Shown here: positions 28,901 to 45,155 of the stretch, piece by piece | Position numbering within the stretch: position 1 is the stretch's first letter | Layout of the letters: every line of letters begins with the position of its first letter | Assembly: GCA_964016885.1 (NCBI GenBank) | Contig: OZ024742.1 | Location: forward strand, 365,738,001 to 365,802,000 | Direction: 5' to 3' | Length of the DNA stretch: 64,000 nt | Origin: Eledone cirrhosa | Lineage: Eukaryota | Translations under genes and position numbers: made by a program | Notes under the pieces: generated by a model | Database searches by the model: none | The model's input: only the letters and a program-made list of their open reading frames with translations | Told to the model about the DNA's origin: nothing

Positions 28901-31900
28901 TGTCAGAAAACTATATTCCATATATTGTCAGAAAACTATATTCCATATATTGTTGTCAGAAAACTATATTCCATATATTGTCAGAAAACTATATTCCATA
29001 TATTGTTGTCAGAAAACTATATTTCATATATTGTCAGAAAACTATATTCCATATATTGTCAGAAAACTATATTCCATATATTGTTGTCAGAAAACTATAT
29101 TCCATATATGGTTGTCAGAAAACTATATTCCATATATTGTCAGAAAACTATATTCCATATATTGTTGTCAGAAAACTATATTCCATATATGGTTGTCAGT
29201 GAACTATATTCCATATATTGTCAGAAAACTATATTCCATATATTGTTGTCAGAAAACTATATTCCATATATTGTTGTCAGAAAACTATATTCCATATATT
29301 GTCAGAAAACTATATTCCATATATTGTCAGAAAACTATATTCCGTATATTGTTGTCAGAAAACTATATTCCATATATTGTCAGAAAACTATATTCCATAT
29401 ATTGTTGTCAGAAAACTATATTCCATATATTGTTGTCAGAAAACTATATTCCATATATTGTCAGAAAACTATATTCCATATATTGTTGTCAGTAAACTAT
29501 ATTCCATATATTGTTGTCAGAAAACTATATTCCATATATTGTTGTCAGAAAACTATATTCCATATATTGTCAGAAAACTATATTCCATATATTGTTGTCA
29601 GAAAACTATATTCCATATATTGTCAGAAAACCGTATTCCATATATTGTTGTTAGTAAATTATATTCCATATATTGTCAGAAATCTATATTCCATATATTG
29701 TTGTCAGAAAACTATATTCCATATATTGTCAGAAAACTATATTCCATATATTGTCAGAAAACTATATTCCATATATTGTCAGAAAACTATATTCCATATA
29801 TTGTTGTCATAAAACTATATTCCATATATTGTCAGAAAACTATATTCCATATACTGTTGTCAGAAAACTATATTCCATATATTGTCAGAAAACTATATTC
29901 CATATATTGTCAGAAAAATTTATTACATATATTGATGTCTGAAAACTATATTCCATATATTGTCAGAAAACTATATTCCATATATTGTTGTCAGAAAACT
30001 ATATTCCATATATTGTCAGAAAACTATATTCCATATATTGTCAGAAAACTATATTCCATATATTGTCAGAAAACTATATTCCATATATTGTTGTCAGAAA
30101 ACTATATTCCATATATTGTCAGAAAACTATATTCCATATATTGTTGTCAGTAAACTATATTCCATATATTGTCAGAAAACTATATTCCATATATTGTTGT
30201 CAGAAAACTATATTCCATATATTGTCAGAAAACTATATTTCATATATTGTTGTCAGAAAACTATATTCCATATATTGTCAGAAAACTATATTCCATATAT
30301 TGTTGTCAGAAAACTATATTCCATATATTGTCAGAAAACTATATTCCATATATTGTCAGAAATCTATATTCCATATATTGTCAGAAAACTATATTCCATA
30401 TATTGTTGTCAGAAAACTATATTCCATATATGGTTGTCAGAAAACTATATTCCATATATTGTCAGAAAACTATATTCCATATATTGTTGTCAGAAAACTA
30501 TATTCCATATATGGTTGCCAGTAAACTATATTCCATATATTGTTGTCAGAAAACTATATTCCATATATTGTTGTCGGAAAACTATATTCCATATATTGTT
30601 GTCAGAAAACTATATTCCATATATTGTCAGAAAACTATATTCCATATATTGTCAGAAAACTATATTCCATATATTGTTGTCAGTAAACTATATTCCATAT
30701 ATTGTCAGAAAACTATATTCCATATATTGTTGTCAGAAAACTATATTCCATATATTGTCAGAAAACTATATTCCATATATTGTCAGAAAACTATATTCCT
30801 TATATTGTCAGAAAACTATAATCCATATATTGTTGTCAGAAAACTATATTCCATATATTGTCAGAAAACTATATTCCATATATTGTCAGAAAACTGTATT
30901 CCATATATTGTTGTCTGAAAACTATATTCCATATATTGTCAGACAACTATATTCCATATATTGTTGTCAGTAAACTATATTCCATATATTGTTGTCAGAA
31001 AACTATATTCCATATATTGTTGTCAGAAATCTATATTCCATATATTGTCAGAAAAATATATTCCATATATTGTTGTCAGAAAACTATATTCCATATATTG
31101 TCAGAAAACTATATTCCATATATTGTTGTCAGAAAACTATATTCCATATATTGTCAGAAAACTATATTCCATATATTGTTGTCAGAAAACTATATTCCAT
31201 ATATTGTCAGAAAACTATATTCCATATCTTGTCAGAAAACTATATTCCATATATTGTGAGAAAACTATATTCCATATATTGTCAGAAAACTATATTCCAT
31301 ATATTGTTGTCAGAAAACTATATTCCATATATTGTCAGAAAACTATATTCCATATATTGTCAGAAAACTGTATTCCATATATTGTTGTCTGAAAACTATA
31401 TTCCATATATTGTCAGAAAACTATATTCCATATATTGTTGTCAGAAAACTATATTCCATATATTGTCAGAAAAATATATTCCAAATATTGTTGTCAGAAA
31501 ACTATATTCCATATATTGTCAGAAAACTATATTCCATATATTGTTGTCAGAAAACTATATTCCATATATTGTCAGAAAACTATATTCCATATATTGTTGT
31601 CAGAAAACTATATTCCATATATTGTTGTCAGATAACTATATTCCATATATTGTCAGAAAACTATATTCCATATATTGTTGTCAGAAAACTATATTCCATA
31701 TATTGTCAGAAAACTATATTCCATATATTGTTGTCAGAAAACTATATTTCATATATTGTCAGAAAACTATATTCCATATATTGTCAGAAAACTATATTCC
31801 ATATATTGTTGTCAGAAAACTATATTCCATATATGGTTGTCAGAAAACTATATTCCATATATTGTCAGAAAACTATATTCCATATATTGTTGTCAGAAAA

Positions 31901-33085
31901 CTATATTCCATATATGGTTGTCAGTGAACTATATTCCATATATTGTCAGAAAACTATATTCCATATATTGTTGTCAGAAAACTATATTCCATATATTGTT
32001 GTCAGAAAACTATATTCCATATATTGTCAGAAAACTATATTCCATATATTGTCAGAAAACTATATTCCGTATATTGTTGTCAGAAAACTATATTCCATAT
32101 ATTGTCAGAAAACTATATTCCATATATTGTTGTCAGAAAACTATATTCCATATATTGTTGTCAGAAAACTATATTCCATATATTGTCAGAAAACTATATT
32201 CCATATATTGTTGTCAGTAAACTATATTCCATATATTGTTGTCAGAAAACTATATTCCATATATTGTTGTCAGAAAACTATATTCCATATATTGTCAGAA
32301 AACTATATTCCATATATTGTTGTCAGAAAACTATATTCCATATATTGTCAGAAAACCGTATTCCATATATTGTTGTTAGTAAATTATATTCCATATATTG
32401 TCAGAAAACTATATTCCATATATTGTTGTCAGAAAACTATATTCCATATATTGTCAGAAAACTATATTCCATATATTGTCAGAAAACTATATTCCATATA
32501 TTGTCAGAAAACTATATTCCATATATTGTTGTCATAAAACTATATTCCATATATTGTCAGAAAACTATATTCCATATACTGTTGTCGGAAAACTATATTC
32601 CATATATTGTCAGAAAACTATATTCCATATATTGTCAGAAAAATTTATTACATATATTGATGTCTGAAAACTATATTCCATATATTGTCAGAAAACTATA
32701 TTCCATATATTGTTGTCAGAAAACTATATTCCATATATTGTCAGAAAACTATATTCCATATATTGTCAGAAAACTATATTCCATATATTGTCAGAAAACT
32801 ATATTCCATATATTGTTGTCAGAAAACTATATTCCATATATTGTCAGAAAACTATATTCCATATATTGTTGTCAGTAAACTATATTCCATATATTGTCAG
32901 AAAACTATATTCCATATATTGTTGTCAGAAAACTATATTCCATATATTGTCAGAAAACTATATTTCATATATTGTTGTCAGAAAACTATATTCCATATAT
33001 TGTCAGAAAACTATATTCCATATATTGTTGTCAGAAAACTATATTCCATATATTGTCAGAAAACTATATTCCATATATTGTCAGA
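27650..33085. repeat. About 2.7-kb tandem duplication (offset 2,697 then 2,725 bp)
   Basis: ORF pairs 28161..28562/30858..31259 (2,697) and 29218..30153/31943..32878 (2,725); shared rare markers CAGTGAAC, TTCCGTAT and AAAAATTTATTACA. Confidence 0.9.
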
Positions 33086-35384
33086 AAACTATATTCCATA
33101 TGTTGATGTCTGAAAATTATATTCCATATATTGTCAGAAAACTATATTCCATATATTGTTGTCAGAAAACTATATTCCATATATTGTTGTCAGTAAACTA
33201 TATTCCATATATTGTTGTCAGAAAACTATATTCCATATATTGTTGTCAGAAAACTATATTCCATATATTGTTGTCAGTAAACTATATTCCATATATTGTC
33301 AGAAAACTATATTCCATATATTGTTGTCAGTAAACTATATTCCATATATTGTCAGAAATCTATATTCCATATATTGTTGTCAGTAAATTATATTCCATAT
33401 ATTGTCAGAATACTATATTCCATATATTGTTGTCAGAAAACTATATTCCATATATTGTTAGAAAACTATATTCCATATATTGTCAGAAAACTATATTCCA
33501 TATATTGATGTCTGAAAACTATATTCCATATATTGTCAGAAAACTATATTCGATATATTGTTGTCAGAAATCTATATTCCATATATTGTCAGAAAACTAT
33601 ATTCCATATATTGTCAGAAAACTATATTCCATATATTGTTGTAAGAAAACTATATTCCATATATTGTTGTCAGGAAACTATATTCCATATATTGTCAGAA
33701 AACTATATTCCATATATTGTTGTCAGTAAACTATATTCCATATATTGTCAGAAAACTATATTCCATATATTGTTGTCAGAAAACTATATTCCATATATTG
33801 TCAGAAAACTATATTCCATATATTGTCAGAAAACTGTATTCCATATATTGTTGTCTGAAAACTATATTCCATATATTGTCAGACTACTATATTCCATGTA
33901 TTGTTGTCAGTAAACTATATTCCATATATTGTTGTCAGAAAACTATATTCCATATATTGTTGTCAGAAAACTATATTCCATATATTGTCAGAAAACTATA
34001 TTCCATATATTGTTGTCAGAAAACTATATTTCATATAGTGTCAGAAAACTATATTCCATATATTGTCAGAAAACTATATTCCATATATTGTTGTCAGACA
34101 ACTATATTCCATATATTGTTGTCAGAAAACTATATTCCATATATTGTCAGAAAACTATATTCCATATATTGTTGTCAGTAAACTATATTCCATATATTGT
34201 CAGAAAACTATATTCCATATATTGTCAGAAAACTATATTCCATATATTGTCAGAAAACTATATTCCATATATTGTCAGAAAACTATATTCCATATATTGT
34301 TGTCTGAAAACTATATTCCATATATTGTCAGACAACTATAATCCATATATTGTTGTCAGTAAACTATATTCCATATATTGTTGTCAGAAAACTATATTCC
34401 ATATATTGTTGTCAGTAAACTATATTCCATATATTGTCAGAAAAATATATTCCATATATTGTTGTCAGAAAACTATATTCCATATATTGTCAGAAAACTA
34501 TATTCCATATATTGTTGTCAGAAAACTATATTCCATATATTGTCAGAAAACTATATTCCATATATTGTTGTCAGAAAACTATATTCCATATAATGTCAGA
34601 AAACTATATTCCATATATTGTTGTCAGAAAACTATATTCCATATATTGTCAGAAAACTATATTCCATATATTGTCAGAAAACTATATTCCATATATTGTC
34701 AAAAAACTATATTCCATATATTGTCAGAAAACTATATTCCATATATTGTTGTCAGAAAACTATATTCCATATATTGTCAGAAAACTATATTCCATATATT
34801 GTCAGAAAACTGTATTCCATATATTGTTGTCTGAAAACTATATTCCATATATTGTCAGACAACTATATTCCATATATTGTTGTCAGTAAACTATATTCCA
34901 TATATTGTTGTCAGAAAACTATATTCCATATATTGTTGTAAGAAAACTATATTCCATATATTGTCAGAAAAATATATTCCAAATATTGTTGTCAGAAAAC
35001 TATATTCCATATATTGTCAGAAAACTATATTCCATATATTGTCAGAAAACTATATTCCATATATTGTTGTCAGAAAACTATATTCCATATATGGTTGTCA
35101 GTAAACTATATTCCATATATTGTCAGAAAACTATATTCCATATATTGTTGTCAGAAAACTATATTCCATATATTGTTGTCAGAAAACTATATTCCATATA
35201 TTGTCAGAAAACTATATTCCATATATTGTCAGAAAACTATATTCCATATATTGTTGTCAGTAAACTATATTCCATATATTGTCAGAAAACTATATTCCAT
35301 ATATCGTTGTCAGAAAACTATATTCCATATATTGATGTCTGAAAACTATATTCCATATATTGTCAGAAAACTATATTCCATATA

Positions 35385-38300
35385 TTGTTGTCAGTAAACT
35401 ATATTCCATATATTGTCAGAAAACTATATTCCATATATTGTTGTCAGAAAACTATATTCCATATATTGTCAGAAAACTATATTCCATATATTGTTGTCAG
35501 AAAACTATATTCCATATATTGTGAGAAAACTATTTTCCATATATTGTCAGAAAACTATATTCCATATATTGATGTCTGAAAACTATATTCCATATATTGT
35601 CAGAAAACTATATTACATATATTGTTGTCAGAAAACTATATTCCATATATTGTCAGAAAACTATATTCCATATATTGTTGTCAGAAAACTATATTCCATA
35701 TATTGTCAGAAAACTATATTCCATATATTGTTGTCAGTAAACTATATTCCATATATTGTCAGAAAACTATATTCCATATATTGTTGTCAGAATACTATAT
35801 TCCATATATTGTCAGAAAACTATATTCCATATATTGTTGTCAGAAAACTATATTCCATATATTGTCAGAAAACTATATTCCATATATTGTTGTCAGAAAA
35901 CTATATTCCATATATTGTCAGAAAACTATATTCCATATATTGTCAGAAAACTATATTCCATATATTGTTGTCAGAAAACTATATTCCATATATTGTTGTC
36001 AGAAAACTATATTCCATATATTGTCAGAAAACTATATTCCATATATTGTCAGAAAACTATATTCCATATATTGATGTCAGAAAACTATATTCCATATATT
36101 GTCAGAAAACTATATTCCATATATTGTTGTCAGTAAACTATATTCCATATATTGTCAGAAAACTATATTCCATATATTGTTGTCAGAAAACTATATTCCA
36201 TATATTGTCAGAAAACTATATTCCATATATTGTCAGAAAACTATATTCCATATATTGTTGTCAGTAAACTATATTCCATATATTGTTGCCAGAAAACTAT
36301 ATTCCATATATTGTTGTCAGAAAACTATATTCCATATATTGTCAGAAAACTATATTCCATATATTGTCAGAAAACTATATTCCATATATTGATGTTTGAA
36401 AACTATATTCCATATATTGTCAGAAAACTATATTACATATATTGTTGTCAGAAAACTATATTCCCTATATTTTCGGAAAACTATATTCCATATATTGTTG
36501 TCAGAAAACTATATTCCATATATTGTCAGACAACTATATTCCATATATTGTTGTCAGTAAACTATATTCCATATATTGTTGTTAGAAAACTATATTCCAT
36601 ATATTGTTGTCAGAAAACTATATTCCATATATTGTTGTCAGTAAACTATATTCCATATATTGTTGTCAGAAAACTATATTCCATATATTGTCATATATTG
36701 TCAGACAATTATATTCCATATATTGTTGTCAGAAAACTATATTCCATATATTGTTGTCAGAAAACTATATTCCATATATTGTCAGAAAACTATATTCCAT
36801 ATATTGTTGTCAGTAAACTATATTCCATATATTGTTGCCAGAAAACTATATTCCATATATTGTTGTCAGAAAACTATATTCCATATATTGTCAGAAAACT
36901 ATATTCCATATATTGTCAGAAAACTATATTCCATATATTGATGTTTGAAAACTATATTCCATATATTGTCAGAAAACTATATTACATATATTGTTGTCAG
37001 AAAACTATATTCCCTATATTGTCGGAAAACTATATTCCATATATTGTTGTCAGAAAACTATATTCCATATATTGTCAGACAACTATATTCCATATATTGT
37101 TGTCAGTAAACTATATTCCATATATTGTTGTTAGAAAACTATATTCCATATATTGTTGTCAGAAAACTATATTCCATATATTGTTGTCAGTAAACTATAT
37201 TCCATATATTGTCAGAAAACTATATTCCATATATTGTTGTCAGAAAACTATATTCCATATATTGTCAGAAAACTATATTCCATATATTGTTGTCAGAAAA
37301 CTATATTCCATATATTGTGAGAAAACTATTTTCCATATATTGTCAGAAAACTATATTCCATATATTGATGTCTGAAAACTATATTCCATATATTGTCAGA
37401 AAACTATATTACATATATTGTTGTCAGAAAACTATATTCCATATATTGTCAGAAAACTATATTCCATATATTGTTGTCAGAAAACTATATTCCATATATT
37501 GTCAGAAAACTATATTCCATATATTGTTGTCAGTAAACTATATTCCATATATTGTCAGAAAACTATATTCCATATATTGTTGTCAGAATACTATATTCCA
37601 TATATTGTCAGAAAACTATATTCCATATATTGTTGTCAGAAAACTATATTCCATATATTGTCAGAAAACTATATTCCATATATTGTTGTCAGTAAACTAT
37701 ATTCCATATATTGTCAGAAAACTATATTCCATATATTGTCAGAAAACTATATTCCATATATTGTTGTCAGAAAACTATATTCCATATATTGTTGTCAGAA
37801 AACTATATTCCATATATTGTCAGAAAACTATATTCCATATATTGTCAGAAAACTATATTCCATATATTGATGTCAGAAAACTATATTCCATATATTGTCA
37901 GAAAACTATATTCCATATATTGTTGTCAGTAAACTATATTCCATATATTGTCAGAAAACTATATTCCATATATTGTTGTCAGAAAACTATATTCCATATA
38001 TTGTCAGAAAACTATATTCCATATATTGTCAGAAAACTATATTCCATATATTGTTGTCAGTAAACTATATTCCATATATTGTTGCCAGAAAACTATATTC
38101 CATATATTGTTGTCAGAAAACTATATTCCATATATTGTCAGAAAACTATATTCCATATATTGTCAGAAAACTATATTCCATATATTGATGTTTGAAAACT
38201 ATATTCCATATATTGTCAGAAAACTATATTACATATATTGTTGTCAGAAAACTATATTCCCTATATTGTCGGAAAACTATATTCCATATATTGTTGTCAG

Positions 38301-39290
38301 AAAACTATATTCCATATATTGTCAGACAACTATATTCCATATATTGTTGTCAGTAAACTATATTCCATATATTGTTGTTAGAAAACTATATTCCATATAT
38401 TGTTGTCAGAAAACTATATTCCATATATTGTTGTCAGTAAACTATATTCCATATATTGTCAGAAAACTATATTCCATATATTGTTGTCAGAAAACTATAT
38501 TCCATATATTGTCAGAAAACTATATTCCATATATTGTTGTCAGAAAACTATATTCCATATATTGTGAGAAAACTATTTTCCATATATTGTCAGAAAACTA
38601 TATTCCATATATTGATGTCTGAAAACTATATTCCATATATTGTCAGAAAACTATATTACATATATTGTTGTCAGAAAACTATATTCCATATATTGTCAGA
38701 AAACTATATTCCATATATTGTTGTCAGAAAACTATATTCCATATATTGTCAGAAAACTATATTCCATATATTGTTGTCAGTAAACTATATTCCATATATT
38801 GTCAGAAAACTATATTCCATATATTGTTGTCAGAATACTATATTCCATATATTGTCAGAAAACTATATTCCATATATTGTTGTCAGAAAACTATATTCCA
38901 TATATTGTCAGAAAACTATATTCCATATATTGTTGTCAGAAAACTATATTCCATATATTGTCAGAAAACTATATTCCATATATTGTCAGAAAACTATATT
39001 CCATATATTGTTGTCAGAAAACTATATTCCATATATTGTTGTCAGAAAACTATATTCCATATATTGTCAGAAAACTATATTCCATATATTGTCAGAAAGC
39101 TATATTCCATATATTGATGTCAGAAAACTATATTCCATATATTGTCAGAAAACTATATTCCATATATTGTTGTCAGTAAACTATATTCCATATATTGTCA
39201 GAAAACTATATTCCATATATTGTTGTCAGAAAACTATATTCCATATATTGTCAGAAAACTATATTCCATATATTGTCAGAAAACTATATT
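35385..39290. repeat. 1,247-bp higher-order repeat in about 3 copies, the first extended by a 549-bp internal duplication
   Basis: ORF starts 35413, 37209 and 38456 (spacings 1,796 and 1,247); ORF ends 36392 and 36941 (549); markers GTGAGAAAACTATTTTCC, GATGTTTGAA and CAGAATAC. Confidence 0.88.
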
Positions 39291-41299
39291 CCATATATTG
39301 TTGTCAGAAAACTATATTCCATATATTGTCAGAAAACTATATTCCATATATTGTTGTCAGAAAACTATATTCCATATATTGTCAGAAAACTATATTCCAT
39401 ATATTGTCAGAAAACTATATTCCATATATTGTCAGAAAACTATATTCCATATGTTGTCAGAAAACTATATTCCATATATTGTTGTCAGAAAACTATATTC
39501 CATATACTGTCAGAAAACTATATTCCATATATTGTCAGAAAACTATATTCCATATGTTGTCAGAAAACTATATTCCATATATTGTTGTCAGAAAACTATA
39601 TTCCATATATTGTCAGAGAACTATATTCCATATATTGTTGTCAGGAAACTATATTCCATATATTGTCAGACAACTATATTCCATATATTGTTGTCAGTAA
39701 ACTATATTCCATATATTGTTGTTAGAAAACTATATTCCATATATTGTCAGAAAACTATATTCCATATATTGTCAGAAAACTATATTCCATATATTGTCAG
39801 AAAACTATATTCCATATATTGTCAGAAAACTATATTCCATATATTGTTGTCAGAAAAATATATTCCATATATTGTCAGAAAACTATATTCCATATAATGT
39901 TGTCAGTAAACTATATTTCATATATTGTTGTCAGAAAACTATATTCCAGATATTGTTGTCAGAAAACTATATTCCATATACTGTCAGAAAACTATATTCC
40001 ATATATTGTCAGAAAACTATATTCCATATGTTGTCAGAAAACTATATTCCATATATTGTTGTCAGAAAACTATATTCCATATACTGTCAGAAAACTATAT
40101 TCCATATATTGTCAGAAAACTATATTCCATATGTTGTCAGAAAACTATATTCCATATATTGTTGTCAGAAAACTATATTCCATATATTGTCAGAAAACTA
40201 TTTCCATATATTGTTGTCAGGAAACTATATTCCATATATTCTCAGACAACTATATTCCATATATTGTTGTCAGTAAACTATATTCCATTTATTGTTGTCA
40301 GAAAACTATATTCCATATATTGTTGTCAGAAAACTATATTCCATATATTGTTGTCAGTAAACAATATTCCCTATATTGACAGAAAACTATATTCCATATA
40401 TTGTTCTCAGTAAACTATATTCCATATATTGTCAGACAACTATATTCCATATATTGTTGTCAGTAAACTATATTCCATATATTGTCAGAAAACTATATTC
40501 CATATATCGTTGTCAGAAAACTATATTCCATATATTGATGTCTGAAAACTATATTCCATATATTGTCAGGAAACTATATTCTATATATTGTTGTCAGAAA
40601 ACTATATTCCATATATTGTCAGAAAACTATATTCCATAAATTGTTGTCAGAAAACTATATTCCATATATTGTCAGAGAACTATATTCCATATATTGTTGT
40701 CAGGAAACTATATTCCACATATTGTCAGACAACTATATTCCATATATTGTTGTCAGTAAACTATATTCCATATATTGTTGTTAGAAAACTATATTCCATA
40801 TATTGTCAGAAAACTATATTCCATATATTGTCATAAAACTATATTCCATATATTGTCAGAAAACTATATTCCATATATTGTTGTCAGAAAACTATATTCC
40901 ATATATTGTCAGAAAAATATATTCCATATATTGTTGTTAGAAAACTATATTCCATATATTGTCAGAAAACTATATTCCATATATTGTTGTCAGTAAACTA
41001 TATTCCATATATTGTCAGAAAACTATATTCCATATATTGTCAGAAAACTATATTCCATATATTGTTGTCAGAAAACTATATTCCATATATTGTCAGAAAA
41101 CTATATTCCATATATTGTTGTCAGAAAACTATATTTCATATATTGTCAGAAAACTATATTCCATATATTGTCAGAAAACTATATTACATATATTGTTGTC
41201 AGAAAACTATATCCCATATATGGTTGTCAGAAAACTATATTGCATATATTGTCAGAAAACTATATTCCATATATTGTTGTCAGTAAACTATATTCCATA

Positions 41300-44200
41300 T
41301 ATTGTCAGAAAACTATATTCCATATATTGTTGTCAGAAAACTATATTCCATATATTGTCAGAAAACTATATTCCATATATTGTCAGAAAACTATATTCCA
41401 TATATGGTTGTCAGAAAACTATATTCCATATATTGTCAGAAAACTATATTCCATATATTGTTGTCAGAAAACTATATTCCATATATTGTCAGACAACTAT
41501 ATTCCATATATTGTTGTCAGAAAACTATATTCCATATATTGTTGTCAGTAAACTATATTCCATATATTGTTGTCAGAAAACTATATTCCATATATTGTTG
41601 TCAGAAAACTATATTCCATATATTGTTGTCAGAAAACTATATTCCATATATTGTCAGAAAACTATATTCCATATATTGTTGTCAGAAAACTATATTCCAT
41701 ATATTGTCCGAAAACTGTATTCCATATATTGTTGTTAGTAAATTATATTCCATATATTGTCAGAAAACTATATTCCATATATTGTTGTCAGAAAACTATA
41801 TTCCATATATTGTCAGAAAACTATATTCCTTATATTGTCAGAAAACTATATTCCATATATTGTCCGAAAACTATATTCCATATATTGTTAGAAAACTATA
41901 TTCCATATATTGTTGTCATAAAACTATATTACATATATTGTTGTCATAAAACTATATTCCATATATTGTCAGAAAACTATATTCCATATATTGTTAGAAA
42001 ACTATATTCCATATATTGATGTCAGTAAACTATATTACATATATTGTCAGAAAACTATATTCCATATATTGTTGTCAGTAAACTATATTCCATATATTGT
42101 TGTCAGTAAACTATATTCCATATATTGTCAGAAAACTATATTCCATATATTGTTGTCAGTAAAGTATATTCCATATAATGTCAGAAAACTATATTCCATA
42201 TATTGTTGTCAGTAAACTATATTCCATATATTGTCAGACAACTATATTCCATATATTGTTGTCAGTAAACTATATTCCATATATTGTCAGAAAACTATAT
42301 TCCATATATCGTTGTCAGAAAACTATATTCCATATATTGATGTCTGAAAACTATATTCCATATATTGTCAGAAAACTATATTCTATATATTGTTGTCAGA
42401 AAACTATATTCCACATATTGATGTCTGAAAACTATATTCCATATATTGTCAGAAAACTATATTCTATATATTGCTGTCAGAAAACTATATTCCATATATT
42501 GTTGTCAGGAAACTATATTCCACATATTGTCAGACAACTATATTCCATATATTGTTGTCAGTAAACTATATTCCATATATTGTTGTTAGAAAACTATATT
42601 CCATATATTGTCAGAAAACTATATTCCATATATTGTCAGAAAACTATATTCCATATATTGTCAGAAAACTATATTCCATATATTGTCAGAAAACTATATT
42701 CCATATATTGTTGTCAGAAAACTATATTCCATATATTGTCAGAAAACTATATTCCATATATTGTTGTCAGTAAACTATATTTCATATATTGTCAGAAAAC
42801 TATATTCCATATATTGTTGTCAGAAAACTATATTCCATATATTGTCAGAAAACTATATTCCATATATTGTCAGAAAACTATATTCCATATATTGTCAGAA
42901 AACTATATTCCATATATTGTTGTCAGAAAACTATATTCCATATATTGTCAGAAAACTATATTCCATATATTGTTGTCAGAAAACTATATTCCATATATTG
43001 TCAGAAAACTATATTCCATATATTGTCAGAAAACTATATTCCATATATTGTCAGAAAACTATATTCCATATATGGTTGTCAGAAAACTATATTCCATATA
43101 TTGTCAGAAAACTATATTCCATATATGGTTGTCAGAAAACTATATTCCATATATTGTCAGAAAACTATATTCCATATATTGTTGTCAGTAAACTATATTT
43201 CATATATTGTCAGAAAACTATATTCCATATATTGTTGTCAGAAAACTATATTCCATATATTGTCAGAAAACTATATTCCATATATTGTCAGAAAACTATA
43301 TTCCATATATTGTCAGAAAACTATATTCCATATATTGTTGTCAGAAAACTATATTCCATATATTGTCAGAAAACTATATTCCATATATTGTTGTCAGAAA
43401 ACTATATTCCATATATTGTCAGAAAACTATATTCCATATATTGTCAGAAAACTATATTCCATATATTGTCAGAAAACTATATTCCATATATGGTTGTCAG
43501 AAAACTATATTCCATATATTGTCAGAAAACTATATTCCATATATTGTTGTCAGAAAACTATATTCCATATATTGTCAGACAACTATATTCCATATATTGT
43601 TGTCAGAAAACTATATTCCATATATTGTTGTCAGTAAACTATATTCCATATATTGTTGTCAGAAAACTATATTCCATATATTGTTGTCAGAAAACTATAT
43701 TCCATATATTGTTGTCAGAAAACTATATTCCATATATTGTCAGAAAACTATATTCCATATATTGTTGTCAGAAAACTATATTCCATATATTGTCCGAAAA
43801 CTGTATTCCATATATTGTTGTTAGTAAATTATATTCCATATATTGTCAGAAAACTATATTCCATATATTGTTGTCAGAAAACTATATTCCATATATTGTC
43901 AGAAAACTATATTCCTTATATTGTCAGAAAACTATATTCCATATATTGTCCGAAAACTATATTCCATATATTGTTAGAAAACTATATTCCATATATTGTT
44001 GTCATAAAACTATATTACATATATTGTTGTCATAAAACTATATTCCATATATTGTCAGAAAACTATATTCCATATATTGTTAGAAAACTATATTCCATAT
44101 ATTGATGTCAGTAAACTATATTACATATATTGTCAGAAAACTATATTCCATATATTGTTGTCAGTAAACTATATTCCATATATTGTTGTCAGTAAACTAT

Positions 44201-45155
44201 ATTCCATATATTGTCAGAAAACTATATTCCATATATTGTTGTCAGTAAAGTATATTCCATATAATGTCAGAAAACTATATTCCATATATTGTTGTCAGTA
44301 AACTATATTCCATATATTGTCAGACAACTATATTCCATATATTGTTGTCAGTAAACTATATTCCATATATTGTCAGAAAACTATATTCCATATATCGTTG
44401 TCAGAAAACTATATTCCATATATTGATGTCTGAAAACTATATTCCATATATTGTCAGAAAACTATATTCTATATATTGTTGTCAGAAAACTATATTCCAC
44501 ATATTGATGTCTGAAAACTATATTCCATATATTGTCAGAAAACTATATTCTATATATTGCTGTCAGAAAACTATATTCCATATATTGTTGTCAGGAAACT
44601 ATATTCCACATATTGTCAGACAACTATATTCCATATATTGTTGTCAGTAAACTATATTCCATATATTGTTGTTAGAAAACTATATTCCATATATTGTCAG
44701 AAAACTATATTCCATATATTGTCAGAAAACTATATTCCATATATTGTCAGAAAACTATATTCCATATATTGTCAGAAAACTATATTCCATATATTGTTGT
44801 CAGAAAACTATATTCCATATATTGTCAGAAAACTATATTCCATATATTGTTGTCAGTAAACTATATTTCATATATTGTCAGAAAACTATATTCCATATAT
44901 TGTTGTCAGAAAACTATATTCCATATATTGTCAGAAAACTATATTCCATATATTGTCAGAAAACTATATTCCATATATTGTCAGAAAACTATATTCCATA
45001 TATTGTTGTCAGAAAACTATATTCCATATATTGTCAGAAAACTATATTCCATATATTGTTGTCAGAAAACTATATTCCATATATTGTCAGAAAACTATAT
45101 TCCATATATTGTCAGAAAACTATATTCCATATATTGTCAGAAAACTATATTCCAT
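41300..45155. repeat. 2,086-bp-offset duplication with a 418-bp (16-monomer) local duplication at its junction
   Basis: Identical ORFs 41567..42019/43653..44105 and 42178..42564/44264..44650. GTCAGTAAACTATATTTC occurs at 42766, 43184 and 44852. I counted 10 S + 6 L between 42766 and 43183. Confidence 0.9.
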
